Origin: Cetorhinus maximus
Taxonomy: Eukaryota
Direction of reading: 5' to 3'
Assembly: GCF_964194155.1 (NCBI RefSeq)
Contig: NC_135901.1
Span: 32,550,001-32,614,000, forward strand
Length of the DNA: 64,000 nucleotides
The notes beneath the pieces were generated by a model, which saw only the letters and a list, made by a program, of their open reading frames with translations, was not told the DNA's origin and searched no databases. Shown in pieces: positions 12,072 through 24,595 of the stretch. Made by a program: the position numbers and the translations under genes. Each line of letters opens with the position of its first letter. Within the stretch, counting starts at the first letter, position 1.

Positions 12072-13755
12072 ATGGCCAGCAATGGAAAAAAGACTGCAGC
12101 ACCCACCCCCCCACCCCTGCTTGAACGACGGTTCCGTCGAGCGAATGCTGGATGCCGTGGAGACCCGCCAGGATGTGCTCTCCCCCCGCTCTGGCCGCAA
12201 GATGGGTAGCAAAGTCACCAACCCAGCTTGAGAGGTGGTAGCAGCCATGGTCAATACAAACCCTGCAGAAGAGGGCTGCCACCCAGTGCCACCCATTCTG
12301 CCAGGATAACTCACTCCATTCATCACTTCCAACTCACAAACTCACAAACCAATCACACATCCACAGGGCCCTAACTCACTGCCAGTGCAAGGGACATCAC
12401 TATTCACTCTTTCAAAAACACTGCCATTGTCCTCAGCCCATCCATGGAACCACTCACCACCCCCATAGGCCAGGCATACTTAACATCTGACCCAGCAGGT
12501 GTCCTGATGCACTCTCCCCATCTCTATCCATGCAGGGAAAACTGGGTCACAGCAGCAGGGAAAGATTGGGGACAGGTGGAGGGATGCTGGAGATCAAAGT
12601 TCTGACAGGATTCGAAAACAAAGCCATCCAGCTCCCCGGCGATGACCAGGGCCCGCCCTGTGCTGATGGTAAGGCCGGCATTGCTCTACCAAGTGAGGAT
12701 CCGGCAGTACAACATCCATCAGTCATCCATGCAGTGAGTTCTGTCTCGTGATTCACAGGCCACTGCCAGGCACTAATTATCTCTCTTTGCTTTCGCAGAC
12801 ACATCTGCCAAACAGACAACAGAGTCCACGTCCCAGGGCCTCCGATCAAGCTCCGAAGAAACCTCTGGGGCGGAATCTGGAGAGCCACCACAGAGCTCGC
12901 CAACATCCTACACCACTGCAGAGATACACACCTCAGTGGGACCGAACTTTAGAGTATCCTCGGGGTCACAATCTGGTGAGTGCATCGCAATGTCTGCTCC
13001 ATGGTAGGCGGTGGCTGGGCCTTCCCAGTTCCCCCGCACTCAGATTATAGCAGGAGGACAGAAAATTTCTGAGTCCGAGACAGATGATGAGCCTCTGGAC
13101 TCGGTCGTGTCACAGTTGCTTGGGGTGCAAATGCAAGCTAGGGAATATCAGGAAGGGATGTTCACTGCACTCCTCAGATGGCAAGGCAAGATGGAGGAGT
13201 CTGTCCGTCTTCACGCTGAGGTGATAGCGACAACATTGCAATGCACCGGGGTGAACACTGGAAGGCTGGCGGCCGCCATGGAAACCTTGGTCCAGAACGT
13301 CACTCCTCCACTGTTGCGCAGGCTTAACTCCATCACTGACACCACACTTGGCCTTAAACAGTGTGCACGTGAGAGGGGTGCTGGGCAGCAGAAGCTCACT
13401 ACATCTACCCCTTCTGCTCACGGAGTCGGCCAGGGGCCCTCGGGCACCCATCGGGAGGAGGGTCAGCAGGTGTACACTCCGGGGCCATGCAACCAGATGA
13501 CACTGGGAGTGACCGGCCCATCGGAATCCTAACTGCCTGTGGCCTATGCAGTTCCAACTCCACAGGCCGAGGAGGGTGGCACTGCCACAAAGCAGGAGCC
13601 TGAAAGCAGGCTGGGGCCCTCCAAGTCTAGGCCCTGCAGAGGACGCCCGCCAAAGTCCTCAGACAGGACGTCACAGTCAACAGGCTGCCTCCACATCTAC
13701 TGTGCATGTCTGGGGAGCACCAAGACGTGGCAGCAGGGTTAAGAAAGTTAGGTAA
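12072..13755 (+). pseudogene. Harbinger Myb/SANT-like (trihelix) DNA-binding gene, spliced and disrupted
   Basis: MASNGKKTAAP..ERMLDAVETRQDVLSPRSGRK..PA*EVVAAMVN; after an acceptor at ~12535, KLGHSSRERLGTGGG; GTGAGT donor at ~12734 and TTTCGCAG acceptor at ~12798; basic C-terminus RRGSRVKKVR; AATAAA at ~13816. Confidence 0.8.
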
Positions 13756-14283
13756 AAATAGTTGCACAGCCTGGAAACGGCTGTTGATTACTTGTACATA
13801 CTGTTCACTATTGTCAATAAACTCCTAAGATTGTCTCCCTGCCTATGGCTCCTTGTTCTGGCGAGCAGTGTTCCTGCCACTCAGATGTGAAATCTTTCTG
13901 CACAAGATAAAAGGCAGGTGTCCCAGTCCAGGGCCTCTTCCATGTTCTCTGTGCAGCCATGAGACCAAAGTCATGGTCCAGCCTCACACTCACTAGAAAT
14001 ATTACTGATGCCTGCACCTGGTCATTGCTGGCCATTGCTGCCAGAATGTAGTGGGCAGGCGCACAGAGTTCTCTCATACTCTCTGTATGCACTCAGCACA
14101 TTTAATGTGGGTTTGGCCCCCATCATACCAGCATCTGTGACCAGTGATTCTGTGTGCCTGCTCCTCAAGGGCTGAGGAGCTGAAGGCGGACACAACATCA
14201 GATGCATCTAAAGTTTCATGGCTGCATCTTTCAGATGGTCCTGATCACAGAGCGCAAGCAAGTTGCCCTTGGCCAGACAGGAG

Positions 14284-15455
14284 TCAGACATTCTCAGAGG
14301 CTATGTGAAGATCTATGGAGTGTCCCCACTGCATGTCGTCATCATCCTCCACAAATCGGGCAGCTATGAGTGTCTCCCCAGCGCGCCTGCCTCGTCTGGC
14401 CATAGCGAGAGCCTCAATCTCGTCAACGTCAACACCGAGGACCGCCTTATCCTCATCCCCATTGGCGTCCTCCTCACAGGAGGAGACAGGCAGCTCCTCC
14501 ATCTCTTCCTCAGCCAGCTCGTCTCCCCATTGCAGCGCCAGGTTGAAAAGTATGCAGCAGATGAAGATTATATGTGACACCCGCTGTGGATTGTACTGCA
14601 GGGCTCCACCAGGCACCAGGCTCCGGAACCGCATATTTAGCATCCCAATGGTCTGCTCCACCAAGTTGCGAGCTGCTGCATGAGCTTCATTATAGTGTCA
14701 CTCTGCTGCAGTCTGAGGCCCCCGCACGGATGTCATCAGCCACGGCCTCGTCCCCAAGGAGCTAACCCTGCAATCTCAGTGGAACCTGGAAAACTGCAGG
14801 GATCTGCGAGCGACTCAGGATATAGGTGTCGTGCACACTCCCTGGATACCGTGTGCACACCTGCAGGATGCATTTCTAGTGATCGCATACCAGCTGCACG
14901 TTCAGTTGCACCCTTGTGGTTGATGAAGTCTGCCGAGTGTAGCAATGGAGACCAAAGTACGAATCCAATGGCCCTTGCATCCTGGCTGTCCCGGTCCAGG
15001 GTGAAATGCATAAATTTGCGCACCATGGAGAAGATGGCATCCGTGACCTTTTGGATTTTTTGTGGGTGGTGGATTGTGAAATCCCACAAAGGTCACCTGT
15101 GCAGCCCTGAAATGAACCACTGGCTTTGAAATTGAGCACCGGGATCACTTTCACAGCCACTGGCAGCGGATGCCCTCCATCTCCCCTTGGCGCCAAGTCC
15201 TGTGAGCCACCAGGTTCCTAAACATGCGCAGTCGTCGGCGACATTTGCCCTGAGTCATCTGCAGGGACGGCAGGCAGTGTCTATAGACCCTGGGTGTCGC
15301 TAGGCGCCGACCAGCCACGGCTCCCTGTCGCTCTGTGCGGGAGCCCATGCTGCCCCTTCTTCATTAGTTTGCTGCTCGTGCCTTTGCATGAGCAGGTGCC
15401 TCAGTCCCAAGTTCCTGTAGGACAACAGGTATACAGCCAGGTCACCAAGATCCAT
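14284..15455 (-). pseudogene. Harbinger (HARBI1-like) DDE transposase, frameshifted
   Basis: [30 protein letters not shown]; FINHKG; VEQTIGMLNMRFRSL..GGALQYNPQRVSHIIFICCILFNLA followed by an acidic tail. Confidence 0.9.
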
Positions 15456-17645
15456 AATGCTGACGGGGCCCTCCTGCCGCATGAAAGAGAGAGAGACATG
15501 TTTATGATGGCTGTGCTTAGCACCTTTCCTGGCCCTGTGTGACTGGCCCTCAGCAATTACCGGAGAGGGCTGGTCACTCCTCGGATGCACAGAGATGAGT
15601 GCAGTGCATGGCTGTGATGTCAACCTGCGACATGGGGGACACTGGTCCAAACGGGGATGCTGAGAGTGCAAGGGGCAGTGGGCGCCTCCAGCAGCGACTG
15701 CTACATGGCCTGTGTTGTTGAGGAGATTGAACAACGTGTGCAGACCAACTGTTCCACGGCCCAATAAAGTGGTGGCGGACTCAATGTCTTTGCCAGGGGA
15801 AGTGGGGGACGGGGGTGTGGGGATAAGATATGGAGCGCTTGGTGGCCTTTCGGTGTCTCCGCGTTGATTCCAAGGGCGGACAGGCTGGAGCCCGATCCCA
15901 ATCATCACTGTGGTGCTTGCTCTGTCTTAGTTGCGGAGGGATGGGCAGTTTATACAGGTGTCCTTAATGAGTAGCCACTTCCCTCGCTTGCCCTGCTCCC
16001 AACTCTATCGCCTGTGGGAGTTATGCAGCACCAGGGTAGCACTTAACAACCCCAAAACAAACAACGGTCACCAACAAGGCTGGCCAACACTTGCCCCTGG
16101 ACACCCCTCACGCCTCACCAGTTGCCCCGAGGCCAGGCCTCAATTGCCTCCACCCCTCGGCGCCCCTGAGGCCTATCAACAACAGGGGAGCTGTGCAAAA
16201 CGATGCTATTCACTGACCTCAGTTCCCCCAAAGTGATGGCCGCCAAGTTCACATCCCCTGCGTGCTGTTGTGAAACACCTCACTCTGCTTTCCCGGCGAC
16301 GTGGGCGGGCGATTCGGCGGGGTTCCACGAGCCTGGCGGGATGGCCTTTCAATTATATGCTATTTTTTTACAATTAGCTCCCCGCCGACCATAGGCAGGA
16401 AACTCAGATGATAGCAACCTGCATTCACGCCACCATGACGCAAGCCGTCCGATAATTTCCACGAAGGCCACCTCTCACGTCCGCCACCAGCCAGCTCAGA
16501 ATATTCCTGCCATTGACTTTGGCTGCAGTAGAATGATTCCCAAAGACAATTCACTGACTGAGGTGATTCAGCCATTGAATAATTCCCGGTTGAACTTAAT
16601 GTATTTATTGAAGGAACTTTATTAGGAACAGAGACGATGACAGATCTCAAAACAATGTAAAAGTAGCCCTTTAAAGGTATATTGGCATGTACCCCTCACT
16701 CACAGGGCAAAGTGTTTCTCTCCTCAGTTTCTCTGCTTGAGCCCAGCTTTGCTCTTGCATGTCCTAAATTGAGGGCTGCTGAGTGTGGGACATCCTTCTG
16801 CTCCTAACACCCGGCAATGCCTAGGATTGTTCGAATATTCATTATTGTCTCCACATTGAGTGAAGGCCCAGAACTGGTGACACATTCTCGCCTTTCAGGT
16901 GCAAAGTTTTAATTTCAAGTAACCACCGTAGGATGTAGTTGATCCTTCGCCCCACCAGTGCAGTGCAGCACAGAGGAAGGGTCTGCATCTTCCTGCTCCA
17001 GAGTTTCAGATCGACACTGAGGATCCCAAGTGATTTTCAGTTGAAGGTCTCGGACTTTTTAGTGCATTCTGCGCAACTCTTCCTTCACCAAGCCAGAGAA
17101 ACGCTCATTGTCCTTTCACTTCCTTCTCTGAGTATATTTCTGAGCAGGCTGGCTGACTGCCGACTTTGCCATCAGCGAATAACTTTGCGGTCATTCGTTG
17201 AAAGGAGCCCATTTTATCCTGAGTGAGGAACTATTTTATTTTCGTCTCCACATCTATGGTTGGTTGTTTGTTTATTTACCCTCTTTGACATTTCTGTAAT
17301 TATTTGCTGATGTGTGATTTTCTTGCACATACGATGTTCCCGTGCTGGTTTCAATATGTCTTCAATTTCTTCATTTTCTCCTTTAGGTCTCACTGAAGCA
17401 CTTTACATTCCCATGTCATTGCCCTGTCTCATTTTTAATCGGGATGACTATTTTAAATGCCCGAATAATTGCCGCTACCATAACGGATATTTTACTTTTA
17501 AGGGTCACAGCTCAAAAGATTAAATTTCACACATAATTCTGTAACACGAATGCATATGTTTGTGTGTGAACCCCCAGCTTCTCTATTCTCGTTCCTTCTG
17601 AAACACAAGAAGCTCTCTGTTTCCATCTCTCCCTTTCCATTACAG

Positions 17646-18517
17646 ATATCTTGGCAGTAATTGTGACCTTGTCTCGAAGAACTTGTGGTCTCTCTGGATG
17701 CATCTCTAATTACATGGTGTCCATGGCAGCGACAAATCTCCTGGTCATGACGGCAGCTGTAATATGGAACGTGATGGCTGGATTTATTTCACATTCAGTT
17801 TCTGGTCCATCATACCAGTGTGCAGCTTCGATTCTGCCTTAAATTATGCTGACATAGAAAGCTCTTCCTGGTTAACGGTCGCTTTCACCTTTGATCGATT
17901 TGTGGCTTTTTGAATCTGAATGCAAAATATTGCACCGAGAAAATGGCGGAATGTGTGATAGGAACCGTGCCTGCACTGACCTGCGTAAAAATATCTTCAT
18001 ATATTTTATATTTGAACCTAGGTACATATTAAACAATATACCTTGGTTCTGCAGTATAAAATTGTTAATTTACACGTCACTTGCATGGGTCACTTATGAC
18101 TGGATTTGTTCCATTGTAATCCCTTGCTTCCCATTCATTCTGATTTTACTGCTCAATGCCCTGACAGTCAGGCACATTCTAATGGCAAATATCAGCCCCA
18201 ATTGACCCCGGGCCCAGAGAAATGTAAAGAATAATAATGTCAATTGTTTTACTCTTCGCCACCTCGGGCAGTCCCATCTATAATTTTTTGTGCAGATCCT
18301 CTATATCCGCATTGTGAATGCCCCTTATGTTTCAGGTTCTGATATCAGTGAGCCCACCTTAATTCTCCAGCAATTCGGATTTACGTTTGAGTTTTCCACT
18401 TTCTGCATCAACAGATTAATTTATGATGGGACTCAGAGTAAAATCAGAGTCGAGTTAAAGAATAGGGTGAAATATCCACCGCATCTACCTGTTCACTTAT
18501 TTAGACTTAGCAAATGA
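17646..18517 (+). pseudogene. GPR139-like GPCR pseudogene (exon 2), frameshifted
   Basis: TTACAG acceptor in the same phase as the intact gene, then LAVIVTLSRRTCGLSGCISNYMVSMAATNLL; WLTVAFTFDRFVA; FEPRYILNNIPWFC...LLNALTVRHIL; CINRLIYDGTQSKIRVELK, split over several frames. Exon 1 was not located. Confidence 0.9.
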
Positions 18518-18724
18518 GGAACTTCAACATGAGCTGCGCATTATTTGCAAACATTTCCACTTATTGTCCATGGCACACGTGGTCCCGTTTGCCACGTGCA
18601 GTCCCTTTTAAACACTTGCCCATGGGTGAATTTAAGATTGGAGAAGAAACGCTTCATTACTGCACAGTCCAGTCTTACAAACAGCTGCCTGTTAGTTTCC
18701 AGTTCCCTTGCCTTTGCTGACTCA

Positions 18725-20780
18725 GGCCTGGGGGATTCCCATTAGCCTCGAGGGCGCTGGTGACGTTTATAGATTTGGAAGCAACATGTGATGAGTGGAT
18801 CAATGAGGGGCGGGGAGGAATGTTGTGGCGCACATCCTCTGAAATCCCCTTCTCCTCCTCAGAATTGGAGGAATGTTGCACATCTGCATCTGGCGCACTT
18901 GTGCATCTCTTACAAGGGAGAGAAGAGCGATGAGTCGGCAGTATTTCCGTCTGATGACTCGGGATTTGGACATTGACCTGACAAATTGTGCACACGCGAG
19001 CACGATGATTTGTCATCCACAGAGTGCCCCTTGTACCCATCCATTCGGCCATTCACTCTGTGGGTGCTCTGCGCCCATATCCCTATGAGTGCCTGCTTGC
19101 TGTGCCTCCAGGCCTCCCAGCTCCAGCACCACTTCATCCGCGTGCATATTGTCAGGAAGATATACTAAGTCTCATAATGTTATTGGAGTGTATTGCTTAG
19201 TAGAGTAGTGGTGGGGTCTATGTCTATGGGCCTATATCTGTGTGTGACTTAATTGAATTAAAGACATCCAGGCTGAAATCTTTGTTGTGTCAGGAGATAA
19301 TCTAGGTTTGAGATGTTAAGTAGGTAGATGGCAGAGGTAAAGGTAAACATTTGTATTTTAAAATAAACCAGGCCAGATTGTTTGGAAAGGAAGGGTGAAG
19401 TGTCTCACCTAGCCAGTTGATGTTCAAAACCTGTGTATATATTTTTCCCAAACATCACCGGTAAAATTAGCGTTATGAGAGATTTTTTATTATGAGAATG
19501 GTAAAGTCCAAAGATATAGTAAAACACTGGGAATTTGAAATCAAATCGGGAAAATATGTATAAAGGAACGAAGGCTCTGCGTAAGTTTAGGCATTTTAAG
19601 ATCTAACAAGTGTGAAAAGCATCTAGGCCTCAAGCTGCTGTCTACAATGAACTGAAGTTAAGAAAACTCACTTTGAATTGGATTGCTCAGGGTATCATAT
19701 TTCTTTGCCTGGGCCTTTTAAAATCTATGTGTCTTACTGTTGCCTTAACGAAAGTGTAACTGGGAGTTAAGTTAATTAGGGTATTTAGAAATTACCATAG
19801 CAGTAATTTGTAGATCTATGTATGCATTTAAAAGTATTTCTTCTATTAATAATGGTTTGATTTATTTTTGCAATAAACCTATAAGACTTGGTGGTAATAT
19901 TGCTACTGAACTCAAAGCACACATTTCGAAATTTGAACAAATTGCAAAACAAGTTGTGGCATTTGTTTCAGGTTTTCCCTGGGATTTGAGTAGCCCAGCA
20001 TTTACCATCAGCTGTGTCATAATAATATGGTCATGCATGGCACGCCTTTTCCTGTTCTTGTCCTTTGCCCTATATTTGAACGCTCTACTCCTGCAGAAAT
20101 ATAAATGCCCATTGCTGCACGGTCTTAGAACAGGCACACAACATCGACCAAGCTTGCAAGCCTAACTGTTCATCATGCTGCCCAAGAGTCGATTCTGGCA
20201 TGTGGCTATTCAGACTGACAGTGCATGAGTCACCACTGCTTCCCCATTCCCTTTCACAGGCACTTCACTACACCCCTGATAACCAGTGCTGATGCCTCAG
20301 CGGTGCCTGGACCGGCAACCCCTTCACCTATAGTCGCACTTTAAGTAGGAAGTTTAATATCATGCGCGGCGCTATCCTTTCCAGCGTGCCTCTTCTCATT
20401 TGTCCTTTTCCAGCTCTGCCGCCATTTAGACAAGTGTGGCCAACAGATGGTTCTCAACTTGCTCCACTATCGCCATCGATGTCTGCCCGGTTTGGCGAGG
20501 CAATGTCTTTAGGACCACTCCCTTTACCATGCCACCAACGACCCCGCCCCCTACCCCCGAGCCCTCCAGTCTGGACAATCATCCCCAAGGAGGAATCAGT
20601 GAGCTTGGGCGCAACACTTACTCTGCGTTCTGCCCCATCGCTACCGCTTGATGTTGTTTCGTGGCTGCTTCCTTTGAAACTAATGTTGGCTGCCATATAA
20701 AGACGATGGTAACCATGTTGTCAGTGGTGCACAACCCCTCTCGCAACTCTTAACTGTTCAGCCCGCCCAGCTACCAGCCC
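18725..20780. mobile_element. Probable non-autonomous Harbinger-type element hosting the solo LTR
   Basis: GC-rich block bounded by GGCCTGG and CCAGCCC|TTA; no clear coding motif. Confidence 0.35.
19150..20024 (+). mobile_element. Solo LTR related to the LTRs of the 33775-40814 Gypsy element
   Basis: Begins TGTCAGGAAG and ends ACCATCAGCTGTGTCATAATA, matching the reverse-complemented ends of LTR 39954-40814; ATAT on both flanks; similar length (875 bp). Confidence 0.8.
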
Positions 20781-20961
20781 TTAATTTATAGGCCACATTC
20801 CCACTTCCATTGCCGCTACTGCTTCAAACGTTATTATCGTGTTACTTATATTTATAAATGTGGTAAGGGTCTGAAAGCAAATGCACCTGGGTAGCGAGGC
20901 CACGTGTGACATAGACAAGTAGAGGAAATGTTGGAGTTTGTTGTGGAATTCATGTGCCATT

Positions 20962-23900
20962 TTAGCATTTTGCAAAACTTAACTTAACAAATAATTTCAG
21001 TGGATATTTTATCCCTTTTTTTAACTCAGCTCGGAATTTAATCTGGACCCCAGCATAAATAAATGTGTTGATACAGGAACTAAAAAACTGAAGCAAATAT
21101 ACACTTTCCGCCAGGTTAAATGATAATTCAGTGGATTTAGAACCTGAGAAATAAGTAACTTTTGCAATTCGCATATAGAGGATCGTGACAAAAAGTAATG
21201 AATAAAGCAGGATGAAGCTGCCTGAGATGGCGACGAGTAAAACCATGGACTTCCTAAGCTTCTCCATCTTTGGGTCACTCTGATTCTCTCCATTGCTTTG
21301 GGTCCTGAGTCTCCTGCGGGCTCTATTTGTTGATAGGATGTCTCTGACAGTCAGAGCATTGAGCAGTAAATTCAGAATGAATGGGGGACAGGTTAGTAAA
21401 ATGGAACGAATCAAATCATATGCGTCCCATGCAGGTGATTTGTAAGTTATTGGTATGGGGACACAGAACCACTGTACATTATTAATTATGTACATAGGCT
21501 CGAATACTAAAAAAAAAAGCTATTTTTTAGACAGCTCAGGAGACGGGCAGTGCCACGAAGCTGTCTTCCCGGTGCAGTATTTTATTTTCAGCTTTTGGCT
21601 TCTTCTTATTGTGTCCACAGACAGTCTATACATGGCCCTGCCAGAACTGGATACATTTTTGCGCCTTGTTGTTGAATTCGGCAAGATCTGCAACAGTGCA
21701 GGGTTCCTCCAGCGATAGACTTTGCAGGAGATGTTGCATAGTCTATGGCTCAGTTCCACATTCACAAGTTGTCGGGCAGGTTGTATATCCCCATTTGCTT
21801 AATGACACCTTTGTACGACCTACACCTGTCATAAGTCCGTTGAGGCACTTCCAGGTTGCCCAGTTGCAATTAGCTCCTGGGGGAAGGCTTTCATCTGGTA
21901 GAATTTCCATTGCTCGGGATTGTTCGAGACTGGTGAGCCGGTCTTTCCACAAGGCGATGCGGGCTTCAGGTGGGGTTGATTGTCATGGAACAAAACTGTT
22001 CATCAAGCTCTTCCTTGACTTTAGGCGGCTGGGTGTAGGTGTATGACCATGTAGAGGGTGCCTCTCATCTGATGTTTGATGGAGTTGCTCTTTCTTGCTG
22101 GCTATTGCTCTTCTTATATCAGGGGGAGTGATACCCGCCAGGATATATAAGCTGTTGGTGTTTGTTGGCTTTAAACAACCTGTGATAATTCGGCAGGTTG
22201 CATTCAGAACAGCATCCATCTTCTTAGCATGAGTAGATCTTTCCCATGCAGGGCAGGCGTATTCGGCAGTGGAATAGCAAAGAGCAAGTGCACTTGTTCG
22301 TAATGTTTTCGAGCTGGCTCCCCATTTTGTGTTCGTGAGCTTATTGAGGATGTTGTTTCGTGCGCTCACTTTTACCTTTGTCTTTTTGATGTGGTTCATG
22401 AAGGTGAGGCATCTGTCAAGGGTGACTCCTAGGTAGATAGGGTGCTCACAATGCGTCAGTGCTGCTCCACACCAGGTTACTTTAAGCTGGCGTTTGGCTT
22501 CTCGGTTTCTGAGGTGGAATGCACAAAGATGCGTCTTTTATGGGTTTGCGCGAATGTGCTTTTCTTCAGAGTAGGATGTTAGTCCCTCCAAGTCCTCAGA
22601 AAGCGTTTTCTCCACTGTATTAAAATCAGTGATTTGGGCAGTGTCACATAAGTCATCAGCATATATAAAAGGGCGTGTGACACCGTCTATAGGTTGGTCA
22701 TTCGTGTAGAGGATGTACAGCAGCGGTGCAAGCACGCTTCCCTGAGGAAGACCATTCTTCTGAATAGGCCACCTGCTGCGCTTCACACCTAGTTAAACAT
22801 AGAACCAGCGATTCTGAAGCATGCTTTGTAACTGCTCTGTTAAGTGTATATATTTTGTCATCTCTAGGATCTTGCAGAGGAGATGTCTATGGATCACTGT
22901 ATCGTATGCTGCTGACAGGTCTACAAAAACAGCACCTGTTATCATCGCTTGCTCAAAACCACCTTCGATATGTTGTATGAGTTAGAGCAGTTGGCTTGTT
23001 GTTGATCTGCCGGGGCGGAAACCTGCTTGCAGTGGAATGATCTTCTCATCTACAGTTGCTGCTATCCTATTGAGTATCAGGCGTTCAAACAACTTCTTAG
23101 TGTGGCAAAGCAGTGAAATTGGCTGAAAGCTCTTAGGATCTGAGGGGTCTTTTCCGGGCTTTAATAGTGCTATTAAATGTGCCTACTGCCAAATATTAGG
23201 TAGTTTGTGTGTTGCCAGACAGTGGTTGAACAATTGTTGGAGCCTTTTCTTTGCTTGCTGTCCAAAGTTCTTTATCTGCTCCTCCGTTGCTATGTTGTCA
23301 AGACCAATTGCTTTCCCGTGTTTTAGACTAGATATATCAGTTTCCAGCTCTTCCATGGTGCATGGTCCAGTGAAGCCAGGTCATTGCTGCACCTCTTCCT
23401 ATCTAGTTGTGATCTTGGTTGTTTCTTATTGATTTTTCCATTTAGGAGCAACTGGTCGGCAACTTGGTTTGCAGACATATTTGAATGTTGGGCAGATTTC
23501 CTTGGGATCGCCTCCAAGTTTGCTTATGAGAGACCATGCCTTCTTGCTGCTTTTTGTAAGATCTGTTGTCTCTATCAAGGTGTCTCAGGTGCTTGAAGCT
23601 CTTTAGAGACACTTAACATCACCCTCTCACCGGTAAATATTGTTTCCTCCGAGAAGGGGTCAGATTCAAACATTGAGACATACTCCCAGTAGATTTCAAC
23701 ATTCTCTTTGTTGAGACCAGAGATGTAGTGTGCTCTACAACATTGGGGGATCTTCCTTCTGGCTGTTTTCTGGACAGCTTTTGCAAACAGGTTGCAGTGC
23801 TGAGGTAATGGTTTAATGCATTTAACCTTACGGCCAAGTGCTCGTGTGAACCTGTTCCAATCGGCCTTCTTGAAGTTGAAGGGCCTTTCGAATGGTACGA

Positions 23901-24595
23901 CGGTTGGTAACACTGTTTCCTTTACCTGGATATCAATAGGACGGTGTTGTGTCTGTGGTATTGGATCTGGGACAATCTTCTTGCAGAAACCAGCGATGTT
24001 CTTGCTGACAATGGCAAGACCTGCGTTATAGCTACACTTCCAGTAGGCACTGTAGAAGGAGGCTGGTACTTTCGGATCGTGGATGAGAGTAAGCTGGTTA
24101 GCGTACATCCATTCTTCGACTGCTTCTCCGTCATTGTTAGACTCCTTGTACACCCATTGTGTATTGTGGCTATTAAAGTCTCCAATCATGATCTGTAGTT
24201 TACTGTGCAGGTTGGGTACAGGGTTTGAGAAGCTGAAACCTGTGCCAGGTGGCTTGTACACTGAGGTCACTACTTTGCTCAGCTCTACAGTTACAACTTC
24301 GATGTTGTCATCATCTGTTTTAGAAGTGGCTTCTACAACTGAACCAGCTCTAACAAATACAGCACTGCCATGTTGTCGATGAGGTCTTTCAATAACCAGG
24401 AACATTCTTGGTATTTCTGGGCGATTGTTCTCACTGGCTCCGTGTGTCCCCTGCAAGCAGAGGACATCACATATCTACTCATTGCATAAAGTAGGAAGGA
24501 TGTTTTGTGTAGCTACAGCGAACCCTTCAACGTTAGCAGATATAACAGTCAATTGCTTCTGAGAACAAATGGTTACAAATCGATCAACGATGAAT
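20962..24595 (-). pseudogene. GPR139-like GPCR pseudogene split by a LINE; 3' part 20962-21599, DRF fragment about 24555-24595
   Basis: ORF 20962-21495 (VQWFC...LLNALTVRDIL...SSCINTFIYAG); QKLKIKYCTGKTA at ~21560-21599; the reverse complement of 24555-24587 reads DRFVTICSQK. TM1-TM2 were not found. Confidence 0.9.
21600..24554 (-). mobile_element. Single-ORF APE-RT non-LTR retrotransposon of about 3 kb, probably Vingi/Ingi-related (I group), decayed
   Basis: APE: LTVISANVEG, VLCLQGTH, HGSAVFV, IGDFNSHN. RT: KNGLPQGSVLAPLLY, FIYADDL. C-terminal WGASSKTLRTSALALCYSTAEYAC and CECG..H..; no RNase H; TAA(GAA)n tail. Clade assignment is from remembered family signatures. Confidence 0.85.

Larger units (their letters stand above)
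11804..16511. mobile_element. PIF/Harbinger DNA transposon of about 4.7 kb with two convergent decayed genes
   Basis: Imperfect TIRs GGGGGAATTTTCC and AGAATATTCCTGCC, flanked by AAT/ATT; GC-rich; Myb/SANT-like gene on + and DDE transposase on -. Confidence 0.88.
142..17920 (+). repeat. Tandem segmental duplication, copy 1 (matches 46200-64000; offset about 46.0-46.1 kb)
   Basis: Colinear near-identity (roughly 95-98% by eye) across genes, introns, LINEs and the Harbinger element; the ORF track repeats with this offset. Confidence 0.98.

Noticed and set aside
13011-13532. 173-aa ORF kept open in both copies, as a possible domesticated gene
   Set aside because: It is the last-exon portion of the Harbinger Myb-like gene, whose DNA-binding domain has a stop or frameshifts and a deletion.
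15300-15908. 202-aa minus-strand ORF
   Set aside because: GC-rich transposon leader fused to the transposase N-terminus; broken in copy 2.
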